Source: Clostridia bacterium (GTDB taxonomy: Bacteria > Bacillota > Clostridia > Christensenellales > UBA1242). Taken from it: DNA of 60,440 nucleotides. The stretch covers positions 1 to 60,440 of the forward strand of contig JAZUCT010000007.1 of NCBI GenBank assembly GCA_045639255.1, written 5' to 3'. A program made the position numbers and the translations under genes. This document shows, in pieces, positions 37,996 through 47,275 of this stretch. The stretch's first letter is position 1. Every line of letters starts with the position of its first letter. Under the pieces are notes generated by a model, which ran no database searches, was not told the DNA's origin, and saw only the letters and a program-made list of their open reading frames with translations.

Positions 37996-38250
37996 ATGAA
38001 TTACATTCACTTTCGCACCTTAGAGTGTGCAACTTATATGTTACAAAACAAATCCACCATAAGAAAAACCGCAAAACACTTTAACCTTGCAAAAAGCACA
38101 TTGCACGCAGATATTCATAGGCACTTACCCTTAATTGACGCAAAACTTTATAAAAAAATTTGTGCTTTGCTTGATAAAAATAATTTTGAAAAACACATTC
38201 GTGGTGGCCAAAGCACCAAACAAAAATATGCAAAAAAACATATTAATTAA
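37996..38250 (+). CDS. spoIIID: stage III sporulation DNA-binding protein D
   Basis: 84 aa with an HTH region (TIRKTAKHFNLAKSTLHADI) and a C-terminal basic helix (EKHIRGGQSTKQKY) typical of SpoIIID. AAGGAG RBS. Confidence 0.85.
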   Translation: MNYIHFRTLECATYMLQNKSTIRKTAKHFNLAKSTLHADIHRHLPLIDAKLYKKICALLDKNNFEKHIRGGQSTKQKYAKKHIN

Positions 38251-38305
38251 ACATAAAAAAAGTGTAAACAAAACTATTTTAAACAACAAAAAAACAAACA
38301 AAAAA

Positions 38306-38322
38306 AGTGAGAATTTCTCACT
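38306..38322. terminator. shared terminator hairpin between spoIIID and acpP
   Basis: AGTGAGA-ATT-TCTCACT flanked by an A-run and a T-run. Confidence 0.5.
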
Positions 38323-38577
38323 TTATTTTTTTTCAACTTCGTTTTGAATATAGCTTATCACATCGCCCACAGTTTTAAGTTCAACAACATTTTCGTCAGG
38401 AATTGTTAGTTCAAATTCTTCTTCCAATGTCATAAACATTTCAACAATATCAAGTGAATCGGCACCAAGATCTTCAATAATTCTTGCTTGATCGGTTACT
38501 TTATCTTCTTTAATATTAAGTTGACTTGCAATCATTTTTCTTAATCTGCTAGCAAGTGTTTTATCGTTGTTTGCCAT
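38323..38577 (-). CDS. acpP: acyl carrier protein
   Basis: 84 aa with a DLGADSLDIVE phosphopantetheine-attachment motif. Confidence 0.85.
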   Translation of the reverse strand: MANNDKTLASRLRKMIASQLNIKEDKVTDQARIIEDLGADSLDIVEMFMTLEEEFELTIPDENVVELKTVGDVISYIQNEVEKK

Positions 38578-38650
38578 AATAGAGTAAACTCCCCTTTTTA
38601 AATATTATATGTTAAAGTTTACAATATTAAACCATTTTTGTAAAGCAATT

Positions 38651-39238
38651 TTACTTAATTGCAATATACAGGCTTGGATCCACATTTGTTCCGTTTTTCA
38701 AAACTTCAAAGTGCAGATGTGCACCATCGTTTGCTTCGTTTGTGGCACTTAATGAAACAACTCCAATTTGTTGGCCTTTTAAAACGCTATCGCCAACACT
38801 GACTTTAACTGATTTGTTTAAACTGCCATAACTTGTTTCAAAACCATCGGCATGCGAAATAACAATAACAGTTCCATTCAATTGGTCGGTGGTAACACTT
38901 TTAACTGTTCCATCAAGCACTGCAAAAACTTCACTTCCAACTTCTGCGGCAAGGTCCACGCCATAATGTGCTCGCCAACAGTTCAGTGTGGAATTATATT
39001 GAAGTTCAGTATCTGAAAAGCCTTTAATTAATGTTGTGCTTGCAACAGGCATTGAAAACACAATTGCGTTTGTGCTTACTTGTTGTTCTGGCCCATTATT
39101 TTTGCTTGGCTGAACATTTGTAAGCACAATGGTAAGGCATAACGCAAACACTGCCACACCAAAAATTCCCCAATAACCAAATTTTTTCATGAAGTTGTTA
39201 AATTTTGCTTTCTTTGCAATTTGTTCTAACTCACTCAT
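38651..39238 (-). CDS. membrane-anchored M23 (LytM-type) peptidase, SpoIIQ-like
   Basis: N-terminal TM helix. Intact HxxxD (HYGVD) and HxH (HLHFEV) zinc motifs. Sits next to spoIIID, as spoIIQ does in many endospore formers. Confidence 0.75.
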   Translation of the reverse strand: MSELEQIAKKAKFNNFMKKFGYWGIFGVAVFALCLTIVLTNVQPSKNNGPEQQVSTNAIVFSMPVASTTLIKGFSDTELQYNSTLNCWRAHYGVDLAAEVGSEVFAVLDGTVKSVTTDQLNGTVIVISHADGFETSYGSLNKSVKVSVGDSVLKGQQIGVVSLSATNEANDGAHLHFEVLKNGTNVDPSLYIAIK

Positions 39239-39311
39239 ATAAATAACCTCCTATGGCAATTATTAACAAAATAAAAAAAGTTAAACATTATTTTTTTAAT
39301 TTGTTTAACTT

Positions 39312-39785
39312 TTAATAACTGCCTAAAATTACCGGTGTGCCAATGGTTATAACATTGTTGTTTATTGCAATTTGAATGTTAACAATTTTTCCATCGATGT
39401 TAATTGAATTATTTAATTTATTATTATATCCATAACAACATTTAACATTGCTAACATTTTCGGTTAACACCCTAACATTAATCAAATTGTTAACCATTGA
39501 GTTATATAATGTTTCATTGCCAGAAAAACTTATGCTTTGCCCGTTAATGTTTTTTATTTTGTTTTTAATTTGTTTGCAAAACTTTAAATCGCTTTCAACA
39601 AACACCGCTGTTCCGCACTTTGTAAGTTTTGCATTTTCAATTTCTTCACAAGAAGTTGTGTAAAAAACATTTTTAACATTTTGCAAATTAAAGCTTGTTA
39701 TTAAATCTTCCAATCCAGTTCTTTTTGTTGGCATTGCAATAACAACAATAACAACAATTAAAAAATATTTAATAAGTTTTTTCAC
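39312..39785 (-). CDS. hypothetical signal-anchored protein (about 157 aa from GTG 39785)
   Basis: ORF with an N-terminal hydrophobic helix. The C-terminus (NIQIAINNNVITIGTPVILGSY) vaguely recalls YwmB/DUF1779 proteins, which is unverified. Start uncertain (TTG 39803 or GTG 39785). Confidence 0.45.
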   Translation of the reverse strand: MKKLIKYFLIVVIVVIAMPTKRTGLEDLITSFNLQNVKNVFYTTSCEEIENAKLTKCGTAVFVESDLKFCKQIKNKIKNINGQSISFSGNETLYNSMVNNLINVRVLTENVSNVKCCYGYNNKLNNSINIDGKIVNIQIAINNNVITIGTPVILGSY

Positions 39786-39845
39786 AGTTAATAATCTCCA
39801 CAAATTAATTATTAACCAATAAATTTAATTTAAACTTATTAAACT

Positions 39846-40946
39846 TTAAAAATCCAACAAACCAACATTTCTTGCTTGTTTAAAAAGATTTTCAGTTTTT
39901 AAGTTTGCAACTTTTAAAATGCTGTTTTTTATGTTGCATTTTTGCAAAATTTGCGTTAATTTATAACCAAAATCACTAAAAATACACAAATAATCGTATT
40001 TTTTAAGAATTAATTTCGTTTTTATTTGAAACAACTCACTTAAAAAATATTCCTTATTAACCTGCAATTTATAACATAAATTTTTTGTTATAAGGGCATT
40101 TTTAAAATCAATTATGTTTTCGTTAAAATTATCTGGGCAAAACTTTAAACTGTTTTCATAACTGAATGTGTAACTGTTTTTAAACGATAATGCAAAATAT
40201 TTTTCCATTAAACTTGTTGCAAAAACACTTGCAACAAACATGTTTTCATAAAAATTTTTGAAAACGCTTTTTGTTAAATCGTGTGCAAAATTTGAAATGG
40301 TATCGAACTCTTGCAAATATGAATATTTTTGTTGAAGTTTTAAATATTTAATTATTGCATCTAAAATTTTAAGGTTTGCTGTTTGAATGTTTTTATGTTT
40401 GATTTCCATAATTCCATCAATTAAATTGCAAACTGAAAGCAATTTTTGTTTGATTTCCAAAACATAATTTTTTTCAAAAACCCGTGCATAATATTCTTTT
40501 TCAAACATTGAAACCATACGCGATTGCAAAAAAGAAACCACTGCAAGATTGTTTGAAAACGGTTGTTTTTTTATGTGTTGTTTTTCAAATGCAACAAACT
40601 TTGGTGAATTGATTTTTGTTAAAACTTCACCTTGCAAACAAGGCAAAATAAAACTGCTTTGGCTCAGATTTGAAACAACAATTCCATATGGTAAATTATG
40701 TTTTGTTATTTTTTTAAGGCAATCTTGTTGAAATTCATAACTGCCACATAAAACGCAAAATGCAACATCTTCACTTATTTCTTTGTTTTCAATCACTTTG
40801 TTTGTTAAACTTTTTTCAAGTGCATAAATAAGCGCTTGGTTAATTTCGTTTTCATCAACATACACCGCAACTTTTTTAAGTGGATAATTTTTTGAAATAA
40901 ATTCACTTACCAACAAAATAACATCGTCTTGACAAAAAATTTCCAT
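39846..40946 (-). CDS. hypothetical protein (366 aa)
   Basis: Long ORF. No motif recognised with confidence. Confidence 0.5.
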   Translation of the reverse strand: MEIFCQDDVILLVSEFISKNYPLKKVAVYVDENEINQALIYALEKSLTNKVIENKEISEDVAFCVLCGSYEFQQDCLKKITKHNLPYGIVVSNLSQSSFILPCLQGEVLTKINSPKFVAFEKQHIKKQPFSNNLAVVSFLQSRMVSMFEKEYYARVFEKNYVLEIKQKLLSVCNLIDGIMEIKHKNIQTANLKILDAIIKYLKLQQKYSYLQEFDTISNFAHDLTKSVFKNFYENMFVASVFATSLMEKYFALSFKNSYTFSYENSLKFCPDNFNENIIDFKNALITKNLCYKLQVNKEYFLSELFQIKTKLILKKYDYLCIFSDFGYKLTQILQKCNIKNSILKVANLKTENLFKQARNVGLLDF

Positions 40947-41016
40947 AACAAAAAACCACCTTTAAATTAAGCATACATTATGGCATAATTTTTTTAAAAG
41001 GTGGTTATTTTAACTT

Positions 41017-41847
41017 TTACACTTTTTTTGTTGTTTTTTGTTTAATTGTTACAATTATAAACGAACCAACAATAAACATGCCCGCAAGTGCAATTGCAAG
41101 CACATACCAAGCAAGCGGTTTTGCTTGGGTTAAATATAGTTCAAGTTTTTGGTTTTCAATAACGCCATTTTCGTTGGGAACTGAATTTAAATTCCAAACA
41201 TGATAGGTTAAATTGTTTTGCCTTGTTGTGTAGGTTGCGTTGGATTTATATCGTGAAGTGGAAAAAGCAATAACATGTTTTAAAGTTAAATCTTGTTCGC
41301 TGAATGGCCCATTTTCAACATATATTTGTTTAAGTTCAGCATAAAGTTGTGCTTCTTCAACACCAACAAATGCATTTTCTATTGTTTGAATTTGTGTTTT
41401 TGTGAATAATGTTTCGGTTAATTTTGTTGAACTTTGTGTGTTTTCATCAGGCACTGCGTTGGGGTTTAAGTTAACAAGGTTTGCAACAGTGCTGGAAGGA
41501 TATGTTATGGAAAGCATTAAACCATTTTCTAAGTTTTTAATTTCACCTTTAACGCTTTGAAAAAGAGTTGTGCGTTCGCTTGCAGTTAAATTGGGGTTAT
41601 TATTTAAGTTTGATATCATTGAAGATTGCTTATTTGCCCAATATGTTGCATAAATATTGTTAACGGTTGATATTAAGTTTGAGTAGGAAAAATTATTATC
41701 TTCAAGTTGTTGTTTATCAATGTTTGTGGTGAACGATTGAACAATTTCACCATTTTCTTTATATTCAACACAATATGTGCATTGTGCACAACCTGAAAAA
41801 ATAAAAATGCAAAAACATATTAAAATTGAAGTTATTATTTTTTTCAT
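41017..41847 (-). CDS. putative lipoprotein with an additional C-terminal TM helix (276 aa)
   Basis: Signal peptide with lipobox IFSGC. C-terminal hydrophobic helix followed by a basic tail (KQKTTKKV). Confidence 0.55.
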   Translation of the reverse strand: MKKIITSILICFCIFIFSGCAQCTYCVEYKENGEIVQSFTTNIDKQQLEDNNFSYSNLISTVNNIYATYWANKQSSMISNLNNNPNLTASERTTLFQSVKGEIKNLENGLMLSITYPSSTVANLVNLNPNAVPDENTQSSTKLTETLFTKTQIQTIENAFVGVEEAQLYAELKQIYVENGPFSEQDLTLKHVIAFSTSRYKSNATYTTRQNNLTYHVWNLNSVPNENGVIENQKLELYLTQAKPLAWYVLAIALAGMFIVGSFIIVTIKQKTTKKV

Positions 41848-41962
41848 AAATCACCAAAAATATATTAACAAAAATTAACAAATTTTCAAAGTTAATTAAT
41901 TGTTTTTATTATTGTTTAAAATTTTTTAAAACGGAAACAATTTTATGCAGGAGAATTTAATT

Positions 41963-42556
41963 ATGAACAATTTTGAACAATCACAAACTTACAAAAATCT
42001 TGCCCGAGCATTTGCGGGCGAATGTCAGGCAGGTGCAAGATATCAATTTCTTGCTGGCATGTGCGAACAAAATGGATATTTTTATTTAAAGAATATTTTG
42101 AAAAAACTTGCAAAAAACGAAATGAGCCATGCAAAAAGATTTTACGATACAATTGTTAACCAAAGCGAAAGCCTTGTTAAAAACATTGAAATATGTGCAG
42201 GATATCCATTTAAGGGCGGAAGTTTGGAAGAAGTTTTTATGCACACAATGGATAATGAGCGAAGTGAAAGCGAAAATATTTATCCAAGTTTTGCAAAAGT
42301 TGCAAACGATGAAGGTTTTAAAGATATTTCAAATTTATTTAACATGGTTGCAAATGTTGAAAAAACTCACACCGAAATGCTTGAAGAAATTTGGACAAAA
42401 TTAAAAAATAAAAAACTTTATAAGTCTGCAAATCCAATAAGTTGGAAGTGTGATGAATGTGGTTTTGAAAATGTTAACAAAACTGCGTGGAACACTTGCC
42501 CACTTTGCGAAAAAGAACAAGGCTATTGCCAAATTGCACTTAACACACAAAATTAA
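41963..42556 (+). CDS. rbr: rubrerythrin
   Basis: N-terminal ferritin-like diiron domain (NLARAFAGECQAGARYQF...EMSHAKRF) and C-terminal rubredoxin-like CDECG...CPLC. AGGAG RBS before ATG 41963. Confidence 0.9.
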   Translation: MNNFEQSQTYKNLARAFAGECQAGARYQFLAGMCEQNGYFYLKNILKKLAKNEMSHAKRFYDTIVNQSESLVKNIEICAGYPFKGGSLEEVFMHTMDNERSESENIYPSFAKVANDEGFKDISNLFNMVANVEKTHTEMLEEIWTKLKNKKLYKSANPISWKCDECGFENVNKTAWNTCPLCEKEQGYCQIALNTQN

Positions 42557-43018
42557 TTAAAAACAAGCAATAAGTTTTGAAATATGATTTTCGCAACAAG
42601 TTAAAATTTCAGTTAAAATTGCACTGTTTACATCATTTTTGCATACATTTTGACATAAAATGCAATATTTTAAAGAAAATATTTCGTAATTTAAAGCATC
42701 TTTAAAAAGTTTAACATAATTATTTGTTGCTTCATTAATCACTTCTGTTTCGCCCACCGAAGTGATTATTTTTGTTATTTTCTCGATGTTAACTGTGGTA
42801 TTTTTAAGAAGGTCTTTCATAAATCCCATTGCGTTTTGTTTTGCAAATTTAAGCAAAGAGTTATAACAAAATTGTGCCTTTTTTTGATTAACATAAAGTT
42901 CTTTAAGTGGCAATGAAAGTTTTTCAATTTGTTTTTGTTCAATGTTTTTTGCATATTCTTTTGCCATTTCGTTTAAGGTTGAAACATTGTTTATTATTTG
43001 ATTATCGTCATACATCAT
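42557..43018 (-). CDS. hypothetical helical protein (153 aa)
   Basis: ORF whose stop directly abuts the rubrerythrin stop (convergent, zero spacer). No family recognised. Confidence 0.45.
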   Translation of the reverse strand: MMYDDNQIINNVSTLNEMAKEYAKNIEQKQIEKLSLPLKELYVNQKKAQFCYNSLLKFAKQNAMGFMKDLLKNTTVNIEKITKIITSVGETEVINEATNNYVKLFKDALNYEIFSLKYCILCQNVCKNDVNSAILTEILTCCENHISKLIACF

Positions 43019-43256
43019 AAAGAAATTCCGCCTTGCATTTTATCTGTTATTAATATATAAAAAAAATGGTAAAAATATACATTTTTTGTTTTAAAGTTTT
43101 ATTTTTAACTTATAATTCATATTTTAAATTAAGTTAACTATTTAAAGATTGCAACTTAATTTTAGAATTTGGTTTAAATAATTTTACAAACAAAATTTTT
43201 TGTGTTACAATTTTTATGTATTTAAATTTTTATTTTATTAATTGGAGACAGTTCTT

Positions 43257-43514
43257 ATGAAACAATATATTTTTCCTGCCGTTGTGTATGTGGACGATGA
43301 AACTGATATGTTTGTGCTTTCAATGCAGGATATGACTTTGGTTGTTGAAGGCAACTCTGTTGAAGAAGTTTTTGCAGAAGCAAAAAGCACTTTGGAACTT
43401 TATTGCAAAACTGCGCTTGACCTTGATGGCGAAGTTGTTACTGCAACAAGTTATGTTGATGTGTTTAAACGCAACCGTGGCAACATTTGCTTGCTTGTGG
43501 ATTGCAAATGTTAA
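43257..43514 (+). CDS. HicB-like antitoxin N-terminal-domain protein (85 aa), orphan
   Basis: MKQYIFPAVVYVDDETDMFVLSMQDM...VEEVFAEAKSTLELY resembles the HicB_lk_antitox fold signature. GGAG RBS before ATG 43257. No DNA-binding C-terminal domain and no hicA nearby. Confidence 0.5.
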   Translation: MKQYIFPAVVYVDDETDMFVLSMQDMTLVVEGNSVEEVFAEAKSTLELYCKTALDLDGEVVTATSYVDVFKRNRGNICLLVDCKC

Positions 43515-43549
43515 TTAAAAAAATAAATTTAAAAAATTAAAATTGGGTA

Positions 43550-43578
43550 TTTACAAACCATTTCGTTTGTGATATAAT
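43550..43578 (+). promoter_or_regulatory. near-consensus sigma-A promoter (TTTACA-17-TATAAT with TG extension)
   Basis: TTTACA at 43550-43555 and TGATATAAT ending at 43578, about 30 nt upstream of the 59-aa ORF. Confidence 0.6.
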
Positions 43579-43611
43579 GGGCTAACAAATTAAAAAACAG
43601 GAGATAATTAT

Positions 43612-43791
43612 ATGGCTAATGTTACTTGCATATATAAAGATAAAAACGGAGTTGAACATGTTATAAGGAAAGATAACATGGTTGCTGAAACTTCTTGCAG
43701 ACTTATTAAAGAAGGCAAAATCTCTTTAAGTGAACAACGCAGAAGAGTTCACGAAATGAGAAAAGAAGAAAGAGAATATGATGAAAGATAA
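43612..43791 (+). CDS. small charged protein (59 aa), hypothetical
   Basis: Not in the ORF track (under 60 aa). AGGAG RBS. Translation: MANVTCIYKDKNGVEHVIRKDNMVAETSCRLIKEGKISLSEQRRRVHEMRKEEREYDER. Has its own promoter and terminator. Confidence 0.5.
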   Translation: MANVTCIYKDKNGVEHVIRKDNMVAETSCRLIKEGKISLSEQRRRVHEMRKEEREYDER

Positions 43792-43793
43792 TT

Positions 43794-43818
43794 AAAACAC
43801 CCTTTTGGGTGTTTTTTG
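43794..43818 (+). terminator. rho-independent terminator
   Basis: ACACCC-TTTT-GGGTGT followed by TTTTT. Confidence 0.65.
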
Positions 43819-43821
43819 TTT

Positions 43822-43850
43822 AAAAGGCAAACTTGTTTATTTGCCTTTTT
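43822..43850. terminator. second hairpin, probable terminator for tmk (minus strand)
   Basis: AAAAGGCAA-10 nt loop-TTGCCTTTT. Confidence 0.45.
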
Positions 43851-43909
43851 CATTGTTTATCCAATAATTATACCATTGCAAATGAACATAATGTTTGCTT
43901 TGTATTTTT

Positions 43910-44578
43910 TTAAATTCCGCTTTTTAAGCAAATTTCGTTGGAAATATCTTCAATGCACCTAAGTTCACCATTATTGTTAACACAATTAATAACTTCCCAA
44001 TCAAACATTTTGCAAATTTGTTTTCCGCAATTGTAACTTTTAATTAAAAAGTTTTCATCTTGCTCGTGAATATCTTTTTGAGTGCCTGCTTTAAGTGTGT
44101 TTCGTGCATGCGCCAAAGCAATTGATATTTCAGGTGGAATATCCAAAAAATAAATTTTATCGGGTGCTGGAAGCCCAAGCAATTCAAACTCGAAAGTGTT
44201 AAGCCACTTTAAAAAATTAATTCTTTCGTTTTCATTTTCAATTTTGCAGGCTTGATGAAGCATGTTTGAACTTGTATAGCGGTCAAAAACAACATAAACG
44301 CCCTGATCTATTTGTGATTGCAACTGTTTTAAAGTGCAAAACCTATCCACAGCAAACAACACGGAACTTTGATAAGCGTTTGTGTCGGTTGCAAATTCAC
44401 CTAAATCGCCTTGCAAATACATTTTCACTGGTGCTGAACTTGGGCTTGCATAGTTAGGAAAACTTTGGGTTATAACCTTTTTTCCCTTTTGTTTTAAATA
44501 TTCAACCAAAAGTTTTGTTTGTGTTTGTTTTCCGCTTCCATCAGTGCCTTCAATAACAAAAATTTTACCTTTTTCCAT
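43910..44578 (-). CDS. tmk: thymidylate kinase
   Basis: FVIEGTDGSGKQTQ P-loop and DRY-type motif (FDRYTSS), 222 aa. Confidence 0.9.
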   Translation of the reverse strand: MEKGKIFVIEGTDGSGKQTQTKLLVEYLKQKGKKVITQSFPNYASPSSAPVKMYLQGDLGEFATDTNAYQSSVLFAVDRFCTLKQLQSQIDQGVYVVFDRYTSSNMLHQACKIENENERINFLKWLNTFEFELLGLPAPDKIYFLDIPPEISIALAHARNTLKAGTQKDIHEQDENFLIKSYNCGKQICKMFDWEVINCVNNNGELRCIEDISNEICLKSGI

Positions 44579-44780
44579 ATAATCAATCCTTTATGTTTTT
44601 ATTATATCATTTAACAATTAAATTGCCAAACTTTAACCATGTTAAAACAAAAAATGTGCGTTTAATTAACACACATTTTATGAATTGTTAAAAGTTTTTT
44701 ACTTTAACAATTAATTTAACACCCTATGATGAAAGGTGTTTTCAACTGCCAAAAGTGACAGTTAGGTTATCAAATAAAGC

Positions 44781-44927
44781 TTAACCTTCGTAGTGACAGC
44801 CAGAATTAATGCATGGTGGAAGTGTATCGTCTTTATGAACATACACAGTGTTCACCGTTCTTCCTTGGCTATCAACCATTTTATAAGTGCCAGACCTTGG
44901 CGCTTTTTCACCGGGTTGATATTTCAT
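44781..44927 (-). CDS. YjzC-like small protein (48 aa)
   Basis: Not in the ORF track. GGAGG RBS. Translation: MKYQPGEKAPRSGTYKMVDSQGRTVNTVYVHKDDTLPPCINSGCHYEG. The KPGEKAP..G.Y pattern recalls the YjzC family. Confidence 0.5.
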   Translation of the reverse strand: MKYQPGEKAPRSGTYKMVDSQGRTVNTVYVHKDDTLPPCINSGCHYEG

Positions 44928-45139
44928 TATGTTTACCTCCTTTATTTGACAATTTTATTTTGTGTTGTTTAAATTTTGTTATGCATTGAAGCGGTTGGTT
45001 ACTTTTTCCAAACCATTAAATTTATTTAAAATGTAACATTTTAAAAAAAGAAAATTTAACAAACCACTAGCAAATATTAATGGATTGTGTTATACTATGT
45101 TGTTTTTTAAATTTAAATTAATATTTGGGGATAAAAATT

Positions 45140-46954
45140 ATGCAAAATCAAAACATAAGAAATATTGCAATTATTGCTCACGTTGACCATGGCAAAACAA
45201 GTTTGGTTAACGAAATGCTTAAACAAGGCGGAGTTTTCAGGGAAAATCAAGAAGTTCAAGATAGAGTTATGGATTCCAACGCATTGGAAAGGGAACGCGG
45301 AATAACAATTTTGGCAAAAAACACAAGTTGCATGTTTAACGGGGTTAAAATTAATGTTATAGATACTCCGGGGCATGCCGACTTTGGTGGCGAAGTTGAG
45401 CGTGTTCTTAAAATGACTGATGGTGTTTTGTTGGTTGTTGATGCTTATGAAGGCCCAATGCCACAAACAAGGTTTGTTTTGGAAAAAGCGCTTGCACTTA
45501 ATTTAAAAGTTATTATTGTTGTTAACAAAATTGATAAGCCAGATGCAAGGCTTAACGAAGTTGGCGATGAAGTTTTGGAACTTTTGTTGGAACTTGATGC
45601 AACTGATGAACAACTTGATAGCCCTATTATTTATTGTTCGGCAAGGCAAGGAACTGCATCGCTTGATAAAAACAACTTGGGAACAAGCATGCAACCATTG
45701 TTTGAAACAATTTTAAGCCATATTCCTGCACCATCTGGCGAACAAGACAAACCACTTCAAATGCTTGTAAGTTCAACTGAACTTAACGATTATGTTGGCA
45801 AACTTGCAGTTGGCAAAATAACAAGGGGTTCAATTAAAGTTAATCAACAAGTAACACTTTGCAACTATCACGATGAAACAAAACTTGTTAAAGGCAAGGT
45901 TGTTCAACTTTTCCAATTTGAAGGCCTTAAAAAAGTTACAACCGAAAGCGCAACTGTTGGTGATATTGTTTGCATTGCTGGGCTTGAAGATGTTAAAATT
46001 GGCGATACTATTTGCGACCCTAACACTGTTGATGCATTGCCTTTTGTTAAAATAAGCGAACCAAGTGTTGAAATGGGATTTATGGTTAACGACAGCCCTT
46101 TTGCTGGAAAAGAAGGTAAGTTTGTTACTTCAAGGCATTTAAGAGATAGGCTTTATCGTGAAGCGGTTAAAGATTTATCACTTCGTGTTCAAGATGGCGA
46201 CACAACTGAAAACTTCCGTGTTTGTGGCCGTGGCGAAATGCACCTTTCAATTCTTATTGAAAACATGCGCCGTGAAGGTTATGAGTTTCAAGTTTCACAA
46301 CCAAAAGTTATTTTTAAAGAAATTGATGGCGTTAAATGTGAACCTATTGACAGGGCTTTTATTGATGTTCCAGATACCTGCACAGGTGCTGTTATGAGCC
46401 GTATGGGTGAAAGAAAAGGCGAACTTGTTTCTATGACTCCGCATGGAAACAGAATTAAATGCGAATTTAAAGTTCCATCAAGGGGATTGTTTGGATATAA
46501 ATCTCAACTTCTTACAGATACAAGGGGTGAAGGTGTGCTAAGCACATTGTTTGATGGCTATGAACCATATAAGGGTGAAATTCAACGCCGTAACACAGGC
46601 TCATTAATTGCTTTTGAAAGTGGTGAAAGCATAACTTATGGTTTGTTTAACGCACAAGAAAGGGGTGCATTGTTTATTGGCGCTGGCGTGCCGGTTTACG
46701 AAGGTATGGTTGTTGGCGAAAACCCAAAATATGAAGATATTGTTGTTAATGTTTGCAAACGCAAAAACCTTACAAACACTCGTGCATCTGGCAGTGATGA
46801 TGCTTTAAGGCTTATTCCACCAAAAAACATGAGCCTTGAAGAAGCAATTGAATTTATTGCCGATGATGAATTGCTTGAAGTTACACCAAAAACAATAAGA
46901 ATAAGAAAGAAAATTTTAGATGCAAGATTAAGATATAAAGCAAATAAAGTTTAA
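45140..46954 (+). CDS. typA: translational GTPase TypA/BipA
   Basis: IRNIAIIAHVDHGKTS G1 motif, DTPGHADF G3 motif, NKID G4 motif, about 604 aa. ATG 45140 has a GGGGA RBS. Confidence 0.95.
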   Translation: MQNQNIRNIAIIAHVDHGKTSLVNEMLKQGGVFRENQEVQDRVMDSNALERERGITILAKNTSCMFNGVKINVIDTPGHADFGGEVERVLKMTDGVLLVVDAYEGPMPQTRFVLEKALALNLKVIIVVNKIDKPDARLNEVGDEVLELLLELDATDEQLDSPIIYCSARQGTASLDKNNLGTSMQPLFETILSHIPAPSGEQDKPLQMLVSSTELNDYVGKLAVGKITRGSIKVNQQVTLCNYHDETKLVKGKVVQLFQFEGLKKVTTESATVGDIVCIAGLEDVKIGDTICDPNTVDALPFVKISEPSVEMGFMVNDSPFAGKEGKFVTSRHLRDRLYREAVKDLSLRVQDGDTTENFRVCGRGEMHLSILIENMRREGYEFQVSQPKVIFKEIDGVKCEPIDRAFIDVPDTCTGAVMSRMGERKGELVSMTPHGNRIKCEFKVPSRGLFGYKSQLLTDTRGEGVLSTLFDGYEPYKGEIQRRNTGSLIAFESGESITYGLFNAQERGALFIGAGVPVYEGMVVGENPKYEDIVVNVCKRKNLTNTRASGSDDALRLIPPKNMSLEEAIEFIADDELLEVTPKTIRIRKKILDARLRYKANKV

Positions 46955-46968
46955 ACTTGTTAGCATAT

Positions 46969-46998
46969 AAAAAACAAAGGTTCGACCTTTGTTTTTTT
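46969..46998 (+). terminator. rho-independent terminator after typA
   Basis: CAAAGGT-TCG-ACCTTTG flanked by an A-run and a T-run. Confidence 0.65.
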
Positions 46999-47212
46999 AT
47001 TGTTCAAGTGTTAATTCTTTTGCATTTTTAATTAGTGGAAAATATTCTTTCCACATATGTTTTCGAATTGGCATAAGTGGGTGTTTAAAATCGTTAAAAA
47101 CCAACACCAATGCAGGCGAAATTTTGTTATGTTTGTTTGTGAAATAAAAGCCAATAAGTTTGTTTTGGCTTATTAATTTTTTTGCTGTTGCATGATAGTT
47201 ATAATATGACAT
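46997..47212 (-). CDS. hypothetical small protein (71 aa)
   Basis: ORF with a plausible start. Family not recognised with confidence. Confidence 0.45.
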   Translation of the reverse strand: MSYYNYHATAKKLISQNKLIGFYFTNKHNKISPALVLVFNDFKHPLMPIRKHMWKEYFPLIKNAKELTLEQ

Positions 47213-47275
47213 AATTTTATTGTTTGAATTTTTTTAAATTTTATTATGTTCTATTCGCAAGGCAATTAAACTCTT

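Noticed and set aside
42554-42559. Rubrerythrin and the convergent 153-aa gene have directly abutting stop codons with no terminator between them.
   Set aside because: Noted as a curiosity. Convergent abutting genes are common in compact genomes, and nothing further supports a functional link.
43612-43791. Considered the 59-aa ORF as the missing HicA toxin for the HicB-like gene.
   Set aside because: The sequence lacks the HicA dsRBD-like pattern (no GSH motif). It lies downstream with its own promoter rather than in the usual hicA-hicB arrangement.
45113-45466. 117-aa minus-strand ORF overlapping the typA start.
   Set aside because: It is antisense to the highly conserved typA G-domain coding region and has no RBS.
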